Positions 1 to 12,799 of a stretch of 64,000 nucleotides of DNA are shown piece after piece (the stretch's first letter is position 1; each line of letters starts with the position of its first letter). Both the position numbers and the translations under genes were made by a program. The stretch comes from Camelus dromedarius (Eukaryota), in the NCBI RefSeq assembly GCF_036321535.1, contig NC_087436.1, forward strand, positions 110,300,001-110,364,000, given 5' to 3'. The notes beneath the pieces are model-generated. The model made no database searches, had not been told where the DNA came from, and worked only from the letters and a program-made list of their open reading frames with translations.

Positions 1-454
1 GGCAGGAGAGGCGAAAGAACTTTCTGTTCTGATATTCCAGTATTTCCGTGTTGCCGGGGGCTCTACATACTGCATTCCAAAGTCGGATTAAAGTCAAAAA
101 CAACTGGGCATTTGCCAATGGGTAAAGGAGTATTGTGAACATCCTGTAATTCTAGGATAGAGAAAAGAAGGAAGAACACTGACTGGGTCTTTGTAAAGAT
201 TTTATGCAGTAGGCTTAGTTCATACCTAGTATATTCCACTTTTCGTCTTAGCCTCTACAACTCCTTCACTGGGTGAATTCCAGTTTTTGCTTCCCAATTT
301 ATTATGGGTGCCTGCTGGTTTCTTTCACCACTCTTAGCAACATTGCAAAAGAATTATCTGTTTGTCTAGTTCCTGCATTGGACTGTGTATTTTCTAAGAG
401 CAGGTAATCGATCTCACAACTCTGTGCTTTAGTTCCCTTGCCAAAAAAAAAAAA

Positions 455-590
455 AGATAATTATAATAATATCACTAACCTCACAGGGTTGTTATGAAGG
501 TTAAGTTGGTTAATACATACAAAGTGCTTTGAATTGCACTTGGCATATGGTAAGCGCTCCAGAGATGTTCGTTGTCATTGCTGTAGATTG
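455..590 (+). mobile_element. MIR SINE fragment
   Basis: MIR core-like 'ctaacctcacagggttgttatgaagg...aaagtgcttt...ttggcatatggtaagcgctc'. Confidence 0.8.
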
Positions 591-644
591 TTATTGTTCA
601 CGTGAGCTGAAATATAGTCTTTGTCCATTTGGGATTTCAATCTA

Positions 645-1053
645 TTGAGATTTTAAGTTTAAATTAATTAAAATTAAATAAAATTTAACATTTGCATCCT
701 TAGTCACATTGGTCATATTTCAAGTCTTCAAGAGCTACAGGTGGCTAGTGGTTACCATACTGAACAAAACAGAAATAGAATATAGGCATATGTAGAATAG
801 ATAAACAAGATTATACTGTACAGCACAGGGAAATATCTACAAGATCTTGTAGCTCACAGAGAAGAAAAATGTGACAATGAATATATGTATGTTCATGTAT
901 AACTGAAAAATTGTGCTCTACGCTGGAATTTGACACAACATTGTAAAATGACTATAACTCAATAAAAAAGTTTAAAAAAAGAAAAAAATCAAAACAAAAA
1001 AAAAAGAAATAAAACACATTCATCATCACAGAGGCTTCTATTGGACAGTGCTG
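645..1053 (-). mobile_element. MER3-like hAT-Charlie DNA transposon, split by an L1 insertion
   Basis: Reverse complement of recalled MER3: 'ttaaattaattaaaattaaataaaa...gtggctagtggttaccata' resumes at ~1012 as 'catcatcacagaggcttctattggacagtgctg'. Confidence 0.8.
781..1004 (+). mobile_element. Young 5'-truncated L1 3' end (camelid-type) with A tail
   Basis: 'tactgtacagcacagggaaatat...gacacaacattgtaaaatgactataactcaataaaaaa' plus A tail; TSD agaaatagaa (771-780) / agaaataaaa (1005-1014). Confidence 0.85.
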
Positions 1054-1339
1054 ACTTAAACTGCTCTCTTGTCAATTTCCTTTTTCACTAAAAAGATGAG
1101 ATCTTGTCTATTTCATCCATCACTTTATTTGTAGCACCAACATACTGTTATTGATTGACTAAATTCTACAAGAGTCAGCTTAGCCTAGATATTCTCCCCC
1201 ATATTCAAAAAGCAGCCCAAATGTGTTTCCCAAGTTTCAGACTTATCAACCAAATTTCTGCTGGAAATCTCCAATAAAATTCCTACAAAACTTCATATTA
1301 AACATATTTGGCATCCTAGCACCACTCTTCTTGTTGTGT

Positions 1340-1845
1340 ATTTTCTAATTGAATTATAGTTGATTTACAATGTTGTGTTAATTTCTGGTGTACAGCAAAG
1401 CAATTCAATTACATATGTGTGTATGTATATATTTTATATGTATATATATACAATTCCATATTCTTTTCTATTATGGCTTATTACAGGATATTGAATAGAG
1501 TTCCTGCACTATACAGTAGGGTCTTGATTATTTGTTTTATATATAGTAGTTAGTGTCTACTTATCTCCAATTCCTAATTTATCCTCGAACCAGTCAGAAT
1601 GGCCATCATTAAAAAGTCTACAAATAAATTCTGGAGAGGGTATGTGAAAAGGGAACCCTCCTATACTGTTGATGAGAATGTAAATTGGTACATCCAGTAT
1701 GGAAAACAGTATAGAGGTTCCTTAAAAAACTAACAAACTCCTTAAAAAACAAAAATAGAGCTGCCATAAGATCCAGCAATCCCACTCCTGGGCATATATT
1801 CATAGAAAACTAAAATTCGAAAAGATACATGCACCCCACTGTTCT
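1340..1845 (-). mobile_element. L1 with 5' inversion
   Basis: 3'UTR on - strand 1340-~1588; ORF2 3' segment on + strand ~1589-1845; near-identical flanks ttcttgttgtgt / ttcttgtgtgt. Confidence 0.8.
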
Positions 1846-1949
1846 TGTGTGTTGTTTACAGTAACTAGGGACACCAACATCAATGCGACAGACACATGCT
1901 AGAATCTTTGAGATTATCTTGAAGGGAGAGCTAGCAGTCTCTTTGAACC

Positions 1950-2330
1950 TGTTTTCTTCTTCTTTGCCTAGATGTGTGACTCAATTATATTTCATTACCT
2001 TTGTATTCAGATTTGGCTGTGGGACTACCAGATAATGCAATGTAAGTGGAAGTTATATGTATAATTTTCAGGATGGAGCTTTTAGAAAATATACCTTAAT
2101 GCTTTATTTCCCCTTCTGCCAACTGGATGCAGTGATTCCAAGGCATTAGGGTACTGCAGAGCCACAAGATGGCACTTTTGGGATCCCTATGTCACCACAT
2201 GGCTCAAAGACACTCATCAGCCACAATCAGCTGCTTTGGAAAGTTGTGCGAGAAATAAGAGTTCTATTTTATCAAACCATATGAATTTGCAGGTTATTTG
2301 TGACAGCATCTAGCATCATTTTTACTAATA
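1950..2330 (+). mobile_element. Old MaLR LTR (MLT1I/J-like)
   Basis: 'gcagagccacaagatgg', 'agaaataagagttctattt...ggttatttgtgacagca...actaata'. Confidence 0.65.
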
Positions 2331-2349
2331 TTTCTGCATTTCTTCCTCT

Positions 2350-3775
2350 CTGATCCTCAAATTCCATCAAAAAAATTATATTGGCCACACACCAAGTAAA
2401 TATTTTTGTTTGTATCTAATATCTTCCAATATCTTGTGTCTCCTCCATCCCAATTCTGATTATTCTATCTAACTCAAAACACGTTCCACCTACTAAATTA
2501 AGTAAACAAGCCTCATGTTATCAGTCAAAACCCACATCAATACTTCTAGTGGTCTCTTTTTTATCTCAAACACTGTGTCCCCACCAAATTAGACTGTTCC
2601 TTACTCTTGGGTTGGCCCCTGTATTCTCTCCTCCATGACATTGTTCAAGATGTTCACTTTGCCAGAACACTTGCAGCTGCCTTTCAAAATCATATTTATC
2701 CCTCAAGGCCATACTTACATTTCATTACGTCCATTATACTTTTCTTCTCACATTTTCTTGTTTGTAGTAAGTCTCTTATGCCCTTGTGACCCTCCAAGAT
2801 ACCATCTTTAATGATCATACCTAGAATACTACACCATGAGAGAATTAGAGGCCATATGTAAAAGTTCTGTACCTCATTAAACCATAATAAGTATCTTAAG
2901 GGAAGGAATCTGCCCTATTTTCAAGTTGAAAAAAGAAAAATTACCAGATACAGTGCGTGACCACAGTAGTTGCTGTAAACACTAAAAATAAACAGTCAAA
3001 ATAATGTCCAAGGCACCGAGCAAGAGCAAGGCTTATAAAGAAGTTGTGAGGCTGAATCAGAGCCACTTTCTGCCTTTAGGTGCCCTCAGTCTAAGGCTGT
3101 CAGCGGGACTCAAGCCAGAAGGCTGGACAGCATCCCTGGCATCTGGAGCTCCCTCAATCCCTCAATCCCTTAATCCATCAAAAAGTCTCATTAGTGTCAC
3201 CTGCTAAGTATATCTTGAATCTGGCTTGTTCTCTGCATCTAACCCAAATTACCATTACCTCTCACCGGGCACCACGTGACATCTGACATTTGCCTCACAC
3301 AAACTGAAGACAATATGATTTTGTTCTTTGCTGATGTTGCCACCTCCCTTTAAAACTTCTAGCCATTTTCTATTTCTTTTGGGATAGAGACAGTACTCCA
3401 GTAGGTCTGGTCCTGACCTCTCTCTCGGCTCCTCTCCTGCAAGATTCCTCTTTGCTTTCTCTGTTTCAATTCTCTAACCCATCATAAGATCTTTTCTTAT
3501 GGGTGCTTTTCTGATATGTTGAGTTAGACCAAATTGCTCTATCACAGGTAGCCTAAATATAGCCTATATAGCAGGTCACCTCCAAAGAATTTAAAAATGA
3601 TTGTAATAATGAACTTGCTTGTAAGATTGTTCGATCAACATCAGCCTTCCTACTGGGAGATAGGTCCACGTAAGTTTGATTGGGGCAAGGACTGTGTAAA
3701 TTTTCACTGATGGTTCCTAACTTGACGTATGACAAATGCTCCAGAAATATTTGTTTAAATGAACAATGAGTGAAA
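2350..3775 (+). mobile_element. Two L2 LINE 3' fragments (~2350-2990, ~3140-3775)
   Basis: L2 3'-terminal motifs 'ggggcaaggactgtg...atgctccagaaatatttgtttaaatgaa'. Confidence 0.6.
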
Positions 3776-4446
3776 AAGTAAATAAATAAGCCTAAATTTG
3801 TTCATCCTTTTCTCTGTGGACACTTCTCTTAAGGAGCTCATGTTAGCTTGATGAGACAGGCATGTAAATTATAGTGACACAGCATTATTACAGAAGTAAA
3901 TGAAAGTAATTATAAAGACACAAAAACTGTTCATTTTACCAGATGGCAGAGGACAGTTCAAACTATGAAAACTTTTTAGCTACATCTTAAACAATGGAGC
4001 AGAGCACACTGAGAAGTGTTGTGAGCTATAGAAACGGCATGTCATTGTCATTGTATAGAACAAAAGTCCATGAAAGAACTTTGCCTGGGGGGGAGGGGCT
4101 CATATGCTGAGAAATATAAGCAATGTGGCAAGTTAGAGGCCGCAGTGCCTATAGGGAAGTCATAGGACTAAAGATAAACGCAGGTGATTTATCAAGAGAA
4201 ATGTAATTTTATTTGTTCAGAAAAAATATATCATTTTAATTTACATAAATGTAATTACCTAGCTGTATAAATAAAAGTGATATCATTTATTAAAAAAAAA
4301 ACTTATTTAATTCATTTTTTTCCTGAAAAGTCTTCCCATTGGAACGTATATTTTGGGGCATATATAATCATGATTTTATAATATTAGCTGCATGTACTCT
4401 TTTTCATTCTAAAGAACAATACTAAAATTGCTGTTTTTGTTTTCAG

Positions 4447-4478
4447 GTACTGGTGGGTTTTCCTGCAAGGATGCTATG
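4447..4478 (+). other. Candidate 32-nt internal exon of an unidentified + strand gene
   Basis: Acceptor 'tactaaaattgctgtttttgttttcag|', donor 'ATG|gtaact'; GC-richer than its non-repetitive AT-rich flanks. Confidence 0.6.
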
Positions 4479-4921
4479 GTAACTATTTCTTTAAATAAAC
4501 ATTGAATATACTATTCGAAGTTAACTTAGAAAATAAATTCCTTTGGATGTTTCCAGTTAGTAATTTTATAATAAAAGTCCCAATGCTACAACTACACATT
4601 TCTTACCATTACCAACTCTTCCCTTGAAATACACTCACACACACACAGACATAAAATGTTCTCATTAATTGCTACATCTTTAAAGAGAAGTGTTCAAGTT
4701 TCTAGCTGGCTAAAACACTTTAAGGATGTTGTACAAATAAAGCCATCCTTTCACCCACCCCCACTTCCCACCGTAACTTTCTGTTTAGTAAGACAAGTTT
4801 TGGTAACAAGAATTCTGGCCAATGACAGCAGTGACAAAAATATCAAAACACATTTTAGAGCACTTAATGATGCATTAAGAACAATCCCTTTTATGTTTAG
4901 GATTTTACAATTTAGTATGTA

Positions 4922-4923
<2 letters not shown>

Positions 4924-4960
<37 letters not shown>
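4924..4960. repeat. (TG)n microsatellite, ~18 units
   Basis: Perfect TG run. Confidence 0.98.
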
Positions 4961-4962
<2 letters not shown>

Positions 4963-5789
4963 TTCTACTGTAGTCCGGTAAAATATTTATAAAACTGAAA
5001 AATTTAATAAATGAAGATACAATGACTCGGGGAACTTAAAAGACTTGCCCAAGTTCACCCAACAAATTAGTAGAAAAGTATCAGCCAACAAGATCTCATA
5101 ATTAGTCTAACTGGAATTCCAGTACTGTTTACCATCAGAGGTGAGAGCAGTCATGCATATCACAGTATAGGCAGATACCATGGGAATATTTCTTTTAGTT
5201 AAGTATATGACCATTCTTCAAAAATAATAGGTTGCTGTTGCCCTTTGCTTTATTAGGTCCCACGGTTTCTGGTATTATTTTTAGTTCAAGTAATAGAAAA
5301 TAACAACAATTTTCTTGAACAGTTTATTGTTATAAAAATAAACTGAGTTTTTAACTACTTGAAATCTTTGCTATAAATGACAGCATAATAGTTCCTAGGT
5401 TCACTACAAGATGTTGTACTTATGGTATAGTCAATGAAATGCTTTTCATCTGGAATACTTTGCTAGGTAGTAATTAATCATTCTTATTATAGGAATCAAC
5501 TTTCCAATAATAAAGATTGGCTTAAATATGCATTTTCATTTATGCGCTTCACTAATAGACCTTTATCCTTAACTCTAGGCCTGTGTTAATAATAAGGGAA
5601 AGAATCCGTGCATGAATTTTCCTTCATTTCAATGGTTTGCATTTTGGATGGATACAAAAATAATGCACAGAGCTTTTGAATCTAATGTACCTGGTTCAGT
5701 CTTGCAATGATCAACTTACTTAGCTTAGTAAACTGTACAATATTATGATTTAGAAGAAAATAGTCTTAAGTCTCTTAGGAGAATAGTTG

Positions 5790-6020
5790 TTGCCTAATGT
5801 AGAAAATTGAAGTTTAGAATCAGATAATCCTAGGTTCGTCTGATTCTCCACTTTGCCATGGATGAAACTGAATAAATTACTTAAACCATTGAGAATTTGG
5901 TTTCCTCATCTATAAAATGGGGCAACAAATCCCATCTCTCTGTGTTGTGATGAGTATTAAATAACGTATTAAGTGTTAAATAATATTAGTAAATAGAATT
6001 ATTTAAATGCTAAAAGACAT
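5790..6020 (+). mobile_element. MIR
   Basis: 'tttagaatcagataatcctaggttc...ggtttcctcatctataaaatgggg'. Confidence 0.8.
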
Positions 6021-6569
6021 TAATCAAATAAAATAATGTAACTGATATTTTGTTTCATTCTACAAAATTTTACTTCTCAGACAGAGGCTAAGATGCTATA
6101 GGAAACCTAGTATTTTGAATAACTTTCCTTTTTGCAATGTTTTCTTGACTTTACTTTTTCCATCCATTATAAAATCTCATGTTTGTTATTTTTAGTATCC
6201 TTTCTCAACTCTGTAAGCTGTGGAGGCCTTTGCCAATATGGAAAAGTTATCTTTGCTGACTAAAGCCACTTTCTTTAAAATAAACATAAACTTTGTGGCT
6301 AGCCAAGATCCATCTTGGTATGTATTTAGAAAGCACTAACAATGTGGTTAGTTGAAAAGGTTTGGAAGCAAAGAACAATGTAAACAGAATTTTCTGAATT
6401 TTCAATGGTTAACAAAGTAACTTGGAAGAGTGAGCTTGTGCCAACTTTTGAGTAACTCCTCCTTCAAGATGATTTAAGGTTGACTGATATATCTGGAAAT
6501 TTGAGCCCTCTAGTCAAATAAAAATGTGTCATGGAAGTGTCACATTGAAATAACGACAGTGGTGAACAG

Positions 6570-6955
6570 CTGTGGATTTTGTTTGCCCAACATCTCCATA
6601 GCCCTTTCTTAGAGTAAAACCATTACTTTTTCTGGACCAATGACTGGACCTCACCCTAACCCAAGATCCACATGGTTCTGATTATGGAGAGAGACCCTTT
6701 CACTCACGCTACCCAAGAAAATAAGTTTAGAAACACTATCCAAGTTTCACCAATCACAATTCTCACACTGCTTTTTGGTGTCTGCACCTATCTAGCTTTC
6801 TATCTATTGTACCTCTCTTTCCTCTAGATTCCCTAAAGTGGTCTGATGTAAGGATGGAGCTCCCTATGACTATACCCCGCTTGTCCCTCAGTCACATGTG
6901 GAAACCTACCTGCAATAGGTGAGAATGAGGCCAACAGAAAGGAAAGCAGAACCCA
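6570..6955 (+). mobile_element. Old ERVL LTR (LTR16/LTR33-like)
   Basis: Begins 'tgtggattttgtttgccc'; contains 'gagaatgaggccaacagaaaggaaagcaga'. Confidence 0.5.
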
Positions 6956-6979
6956 CTTAAGTATCCATTCTGTTAATGT

Positions 6980-7520
6980 CATTCATTCAACTAATATGTA
7001 CATAGTAGCTACTATGAACCAGTTCTAGGTACTTGAAGTACATCTAAAAACAAAAGAAATAAAACTCCTTGCCTTCACAGAGCTTACATTTTTGTAGGGG
7101 AGGGAGGCAGAAGAAGAGAGGAAGAGTTTGCACAGAAGGGGGGAACAGAAAAATATTCAATGAACACAATGTAAAGTAAGTTACATAATACCTTAGAAAG
7201 TAAAAATGCTACATAAAAATCAAGCCAAATTACAGGGAATCAGAACTGCCAGGTTCAAGTTAACATAATTCAATAGAACGGTCAGAGTATGACTCATTGA
7301 GAAGATAAAATCTGAGCAGAGACTTTAGGGAAGTTAAGATATTACCCATGTGGATGTCTTGGGAGAAAACTGGTTGAAACAACAAATACAACAGTCCAAA
7401 GGCATGAAGTAGCCAGGAAATAGGAAGGAAACAATGTGCCTGAAGCAGAGAGAGAAGGAGAGAATAGTAAGGGACAACACTGGAATGTTAGCTGGAGAGC
7501 ATAGCTCATATAGGACCTCA
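6980..7520 (-). mobile_element. L2 (L2a-like)
   Basis: 'attcattcaactaatatgtac...ccttgccttcacagagcttacatt'. Confidence 0.8.
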
Positions 7521-7524
7521 GCTA

Positions 7525-7660
7525 ATACACCATACTAACGGTCTGAAGAAAAGAAACCATATGATCCTGTCAATAGGTACAGAAAATAAAATTGACAAAA
7601 TTTATCATCCATTCATAAGGAAAAATCTCAGCAAACTAGGATGACAAAGGATCGTCCTTA
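7525..7660 (+). mobile_element. Old L1 ORF2 fragment
   Basis: 'aaaccatatgatcctgtcaataggtacagaaaa...ttgacaaaatt...ctcagcaaactagg'. Confidence 0.75.
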
Positions 7661-8639
7661 ACTTAATAAAGGCAATTTAACATGTACACAGCAATACTCT
7701 GCTGCAGGTACTGTTCTGTGAGTTACGTCCAAGTCACATTAGGTTAATAAACTGGGTTTTAAAGAGGTTATGTAGCTTATTTGCAGTAATGCAGCCTAGC
7801 TGGACCATAGTGTGATTACAGAGATCTTACACTCATCCATTGCACGATAAGTTGAACAATAGTCTACATAATGTCGGACACAAATTAAACTGTCATAGCT
7901 TGAGGTACAACTGTGAGAGAGTGAGATGCCATTAAATTTTTTTGCATAGGCTATGTCATGGTGCTAACTCATGGGAAAATCCATTTTTAGCTGAGACTAC
8001 AAATTGAAAGTGTTTGTATCTTTTTAAATAAAAGTTTAAAAAGCCCCCTCCCATAGTCATTGGCAATAAGTATACAAATATCTGACATCAACATAGAGAA
8101 TTCTAGCCCTGAGTACTCAGCTGAGAAAAGGAATTACAACATATGCTTGTGTTCCTTAACCAATAATGCAGGCAACCCACCAGTACTGTGCATGACCTAT
8201 TATTAAGAAGCAAAGTCCTTCTTAGAAAACAACTATCAACTAATAAAAAGAAATACTATTTAAAGAAAACAATTTAGTCTAGTTCATGAACAAAAAGTAT
8301 TTTTTTCTGCTGATGGTAAAAAGAGTACCAAAACAACAAGTATATGACACAGCACAGAAATTATGAAATAAATTGAAAAAGAGCATCAGACTTAGTGGAG
8401 AAAGGTAATTTAAGCCATGAAAGACATGGCTGGTCAAAATGGTCAATACTTGAGTATGAAGTCATTGGAAGTTTATAACAGAACTCCATTAACATATATA
8501 TTTATTTTATATATACTATGTCCAAACTTATTATATAGCAACATATACTCATTTTACTCATTTCCCCTTACAACTTCCATTGTCTTGATAGTAAAGTATT
8601 GCTACACCTTTCATTTTCAAAATGCCATTGGATTAATGA

Positions 8640-8880
8640 GGAGCACTATTGAGGTGGATTGGTTAAGACCACGAGCTGTGGAAACACCATTACCAGGGCT
8701 CAAATCCCAGTGCAGCTATTTACCAACCTGGAAGCCACTTTATCTTTACTAATGTGGAATAAAAATCAGTACCAATCTCACAGGGCTACTGTAACAGTAA
8801 ATTAAATATTTTACATAAAGGTACTTAAGAGTTATCTGGAAAAGAGTTAAGAGTTTAATAAATGTTAGCTGTCATTGTTT
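8640..8880 (+). mobile_element. MIR
   Basis: 'ggttaagaccacgagctgtgg...ctcaaatcccag...taataaatgttagctg'. Confidence 0.8.
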
Positions 8881-10109
8881 TTGAGAACATGCATTGTATC
8901 ATGCTGATTATGATCACAGACTGGTGACATGATCATAAAGAAGAAGTTATTCTTCATGACCAATGGTTCCAGTGGCTTTTTGCATTTTACATAGTAATAA
9001 TAGGAGATAAATATTAAGAATTATATGACTGTATAATAGTAATGTGCACACAATGATGCTAGTGATTATAAATATTGTGAAATCATTAATATTTGTCAAG
9101 ATCAAGATGAAACCAAATTCTGAATTTTTTTTGTCATCTTAAGATTTTATAGCTAAGCATTTACATTATATTTTAAAAATTTTAAATTGAAATCTCTGCA
9201 GTATGGTTGGATTTTTTTTAATGGGAATCTAAACCTCACACCAATTCTCCCATATTAAAAAAATTGCTTTCACAAAGCAATTTGTACAATATTTTAAAAA
9301 TTTTACAAAGCAATTTTTACAATATAAAGTTTCTTAAGAACAGAACAAAGGAATATCTACACTATTTTTATAGTAGCATTTGAATGTCAACAGCCAGGAC
9401 CAAGACAGGCAAAGCAAGATTAATTCCTGATGGTACTCAGTTTCTCCATGGACTGGGCAAATTAGTTGTATAAAATTATTCCTTAAAGAGTAGAGCGTAA
9501 TTTTTGAAAAAGAGATCATTTTGCATTACATTCAACAAACGCGTCATGTGGTGCACCAAATGCTAAAAATCTAGTCTAGAAATTGAGATGCCTATTCAAA
9601 AAGGGGGCTTTTACCTCCAGGCTTAGAAATGGTCATCCTTCTACGTGGAATCCTGATGCATGTGTTCATGTCGTCCTACACATTTCGGCGTATTTAAAGT
9701 CTCACCCATTTCTTGTCACTGAGTACAAATTCAATGAATCTTATGTAAATGATCACAGTGGTTAAAAATACCAAAATACTCATTCTTGACTAGAGAGAAT
9801 TAGAATTACTTCAAGAAAAACTGTCATTTCACATAGGCTTTGAAAGCTAACGTAATTTATGTGGCACATTTTAGTCCTCAAACAGTGATGTCTAATTATA
9901 TTATGAAATTATATAGAATGGTTTCACAGTCAACTCTGCCCTCTATAGTTCCTGGTGTCTTCTGTGGGCCACCTAGGTTAAAGGTTATATCTCCTTATAT
10001 TAGGTTCATACTTGACCCTCCACAGGGCATCCAGAGTCACTCTGGTCTAAGATGCATATGTGCAAATTATTTGTGAGAACAGATTCACATGGAACCAAAC
10101 AAATCTTTC

Positions 10110-10290
10110 TGTGCGTGTGTGTGTGCATGTGTGTGTGTGTGTAACTATCTGTATCTGTGTCTGTGTCTGTGTTGGTGTTACGGCTTATTTCACATATGCC
10201 TTTGCCAAAGGTTTGTCCTGCAACGACACCCCTTCCACTCATCTCTCACTCAAGATCACCACCACCACCACCACCACCTCTGCCACCACC
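10110..10290. repeat. Imperfect (TG)n/(TCTGTG)n and (CAC)n microsatellites
   Basis: TG-based repeats 10110-10172; CAC repeats ~10257-10290. Confidence 0.9.
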
Positions 10291-10661
10291 ACTCAATTTC
10301 ATACATGTCTCTTTAAAATTCAGTTCAAACTTTTCAGATCAGGGAAGCCTCTCTCTCTCATATTCAACTTCCTCTCTCCCCGTAGGAGGAGATTTCATCC
10401 CTTAGTGCTTCTAGGTTTGCAAATTCAAACATTACCAGAGCCTGGGCTTGTGCAATTCATATCTCAGTTTCTGGAGAAGGAATGTGTTCTAACAACATGA
10501 ACTGGCCTGAATATGAGCCTCCCCAAATCTGCTGACTATATCGCCCATGAGATGAGCCAACTCTGTGAACTTTCCTCCAGCACAGTTCGATCGCACATTG
10601 ATGAAAGTGCACTTCTTCTCTCAGCTGAGATGTACTCTGTGGCTTAGAGGCAGTGAAACAC

Positions 10662-11026
10662 TGCTACAAACTGAACGCTTGTGCTCCCCTAAAATTCGTA
10701 TCTTGAAACCCTGTCTCTAGTGAGATGGTATTAGGAGGGCGGTCTTTTGGAAAGGAATTAGGATCAGATGTGGTCATGAGAGTAGAGCCCTCATGAGTGG
10801 GATTAGTGCCCTTGTAAGAGTCACAGGAGAATCTGCTCCTTCTCACCCCACTATGCTGAGGACACAGCAGGAAGACGGTCATTTAAGAAGTGGACCCTCA
10901 CCAGGCATCGAATCTGCTGGTGCCTTCACCTTGAACTTCCAGCCTCTAGAACTGTGAGAAATAACTAGGTTGTTAAGTCACCGGTATTTGTGGTATTTTG
11001 TTACAGTAGCCTGATCTGACTAAGAC
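10662..11026 (+). mobile_element. MLT1A0-like MaLR solo LTR
   Basis: 'tgctacaaactgaa...gccctcatgagtgggattagtgccctt...cttccagcctctagaactgtgagaaataa...gactaagac'. Confidence 0.9.
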
Positions 11027-12799
11027 CACGACAATCAACATTTGCCATCAAAGTTATCTTTTTTTTTTCCCTCCAGAAGAATAACATCAGCTTTGCTGGA
11101 TAAGACCTTTTTCTCCCCATCCCCATCTTCTCTGAGAAAATGGGGTAAGAAATAATCACTAATTCATTTCATCATCTAGAAATACATATAAGTGTGATTG
11201 AAAGAAGTGTTTCAAAGACAGTGATAAGTCCTCTGACTAGAGAAAAATGAGAAAGTAACGGGAATTTGGTTGGAGTCAGAGGTGGCTCTAGATTACCAAG
11301 GGCTTTTATGGTGGAGCAGAGATGTCTGAATGTAAGCCGTTGGGCAACAGGTGGAGTTGCTAGCACTTGAGAGATGGGATAGTTAGAAAGCCCTGACTCC
11401 CAGGCTCAAGTTACAGAGGAATGTTCTAGAAGAAAGCACTCTGACTCACCAACGAGTCTGTTCCCTTAAAATCCCGAACACAACTTTTACTCCGCTCTAC
11501 GACAAAGGCCATTAAGTGCAGAGTTCAATCCACTCAGTTACACTATGTGCACTGTCAAGTATTCTTTAAATAAGCAAGAATCTAGAGAAAAGCCAGAAAC
11601 TTTCGAATTGGAAAGACCTTTAAGTCAACTAACATCTTTGACTTTCTGTTACAGGTAAATCTTTGATTTATCTATAAAAAATGGAGATAATACTACTCAC
11701 TCCACAAAATTCTTGTAGGGATTAATTAAGGGGAGAATTCCTTTTTTTCTGTTTTAATTGCCTTTAAAGTCAGAGAGAAAAAGAAAGTTTAAAACAAAAC
11801 CAAAAAAGCCTAGTTGGCACATAAACACATTTTATCAACTTAAATGCAAGTCATATCTCCACATCTAACTATGTCACTTCTTTTGTTTGTCTCATGTTGC
11901 TGTCACATTAGAGCTCAAAATTTCCCCACAGCCATTATATATAGCAAATGCATTCCCTGGGGGCTTTTCCTTCAAGTTATTATAGACATTTTAATATGAT
12001 ATGCTTTTATTTTGTACAACGTGTTTCATGCAAATCACATCCCAAAATGCTATGCAGAGTTAAATAATTCACTTAGAGAATTCAATAATACATAAAGGGA
12101 ATGGGAAGAAGAAATTAGGAAACGTCGGCGAGACAGAGCATTGAAAACCTGCAGTTGTTAATAAAAGAATTAACTCTGGTGAAGCAAAGAATTAATGGTG
12201 AACAAAGCAATTGCTGCAAAGTATGCAAAGTGCATGGAGATGCAAGATGTTATCATAAATTTAATATTCCTTATCTAGATGACAACAGGACCAAAAAGTA
12301 ATGTCAGATGAAATATCGTGAACAGTAACATAAGAGGAGAGATTCCAGAGGCAGAAATTAAGGCGTCTATAGGATTTATAAAGAAACGATCGAAATTCCT
12401 TTATCCATCTCTCTGAATCCTGGGTATACTGTGTTTGTAAAATACTCTAGAGTACTAAACTATTTGCTTTCCCAGAAGGAAATGAATGGTCAGAGCAGCA
12501 ATTCCTGCAGTTGCTTGAGGTACTGTCATAATTCGTGGAAAAGTAGAGAATTTGGGTTCAAGATAAACCTGACTATGGAATAGCATTTATTCCACTGTGT
12601 ATTACTTGCTTATCTCTGGAAGAGGGACTTAGCTCTGTGTTTTAAATTTTCTCATCTGCCAAATGCTTATATTTGCTTATAACACTGTGCAGCGGGGAAG
12701 ACCAAAACGCATTCAATCATGGAGTAATCCTAAACAAACATTACTGGCTGGCTGTGCTTGCGCCTTCTGCTCACTGGTTCCCCTGGAGCTGGCCATTCT

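Noticed and set aside
10006..10500. Longest ORF (146 aa) and overlapping poly-T/H/P ORFs
   Set aside because: Open only because TG and CAC repeats lack stop codons
11640..11660. Recursive-splice-like site 'tttctgttacag|gtaaat'
   Set aside because: Lies between MIR fragments, donor is suboptimal, and there is no other support
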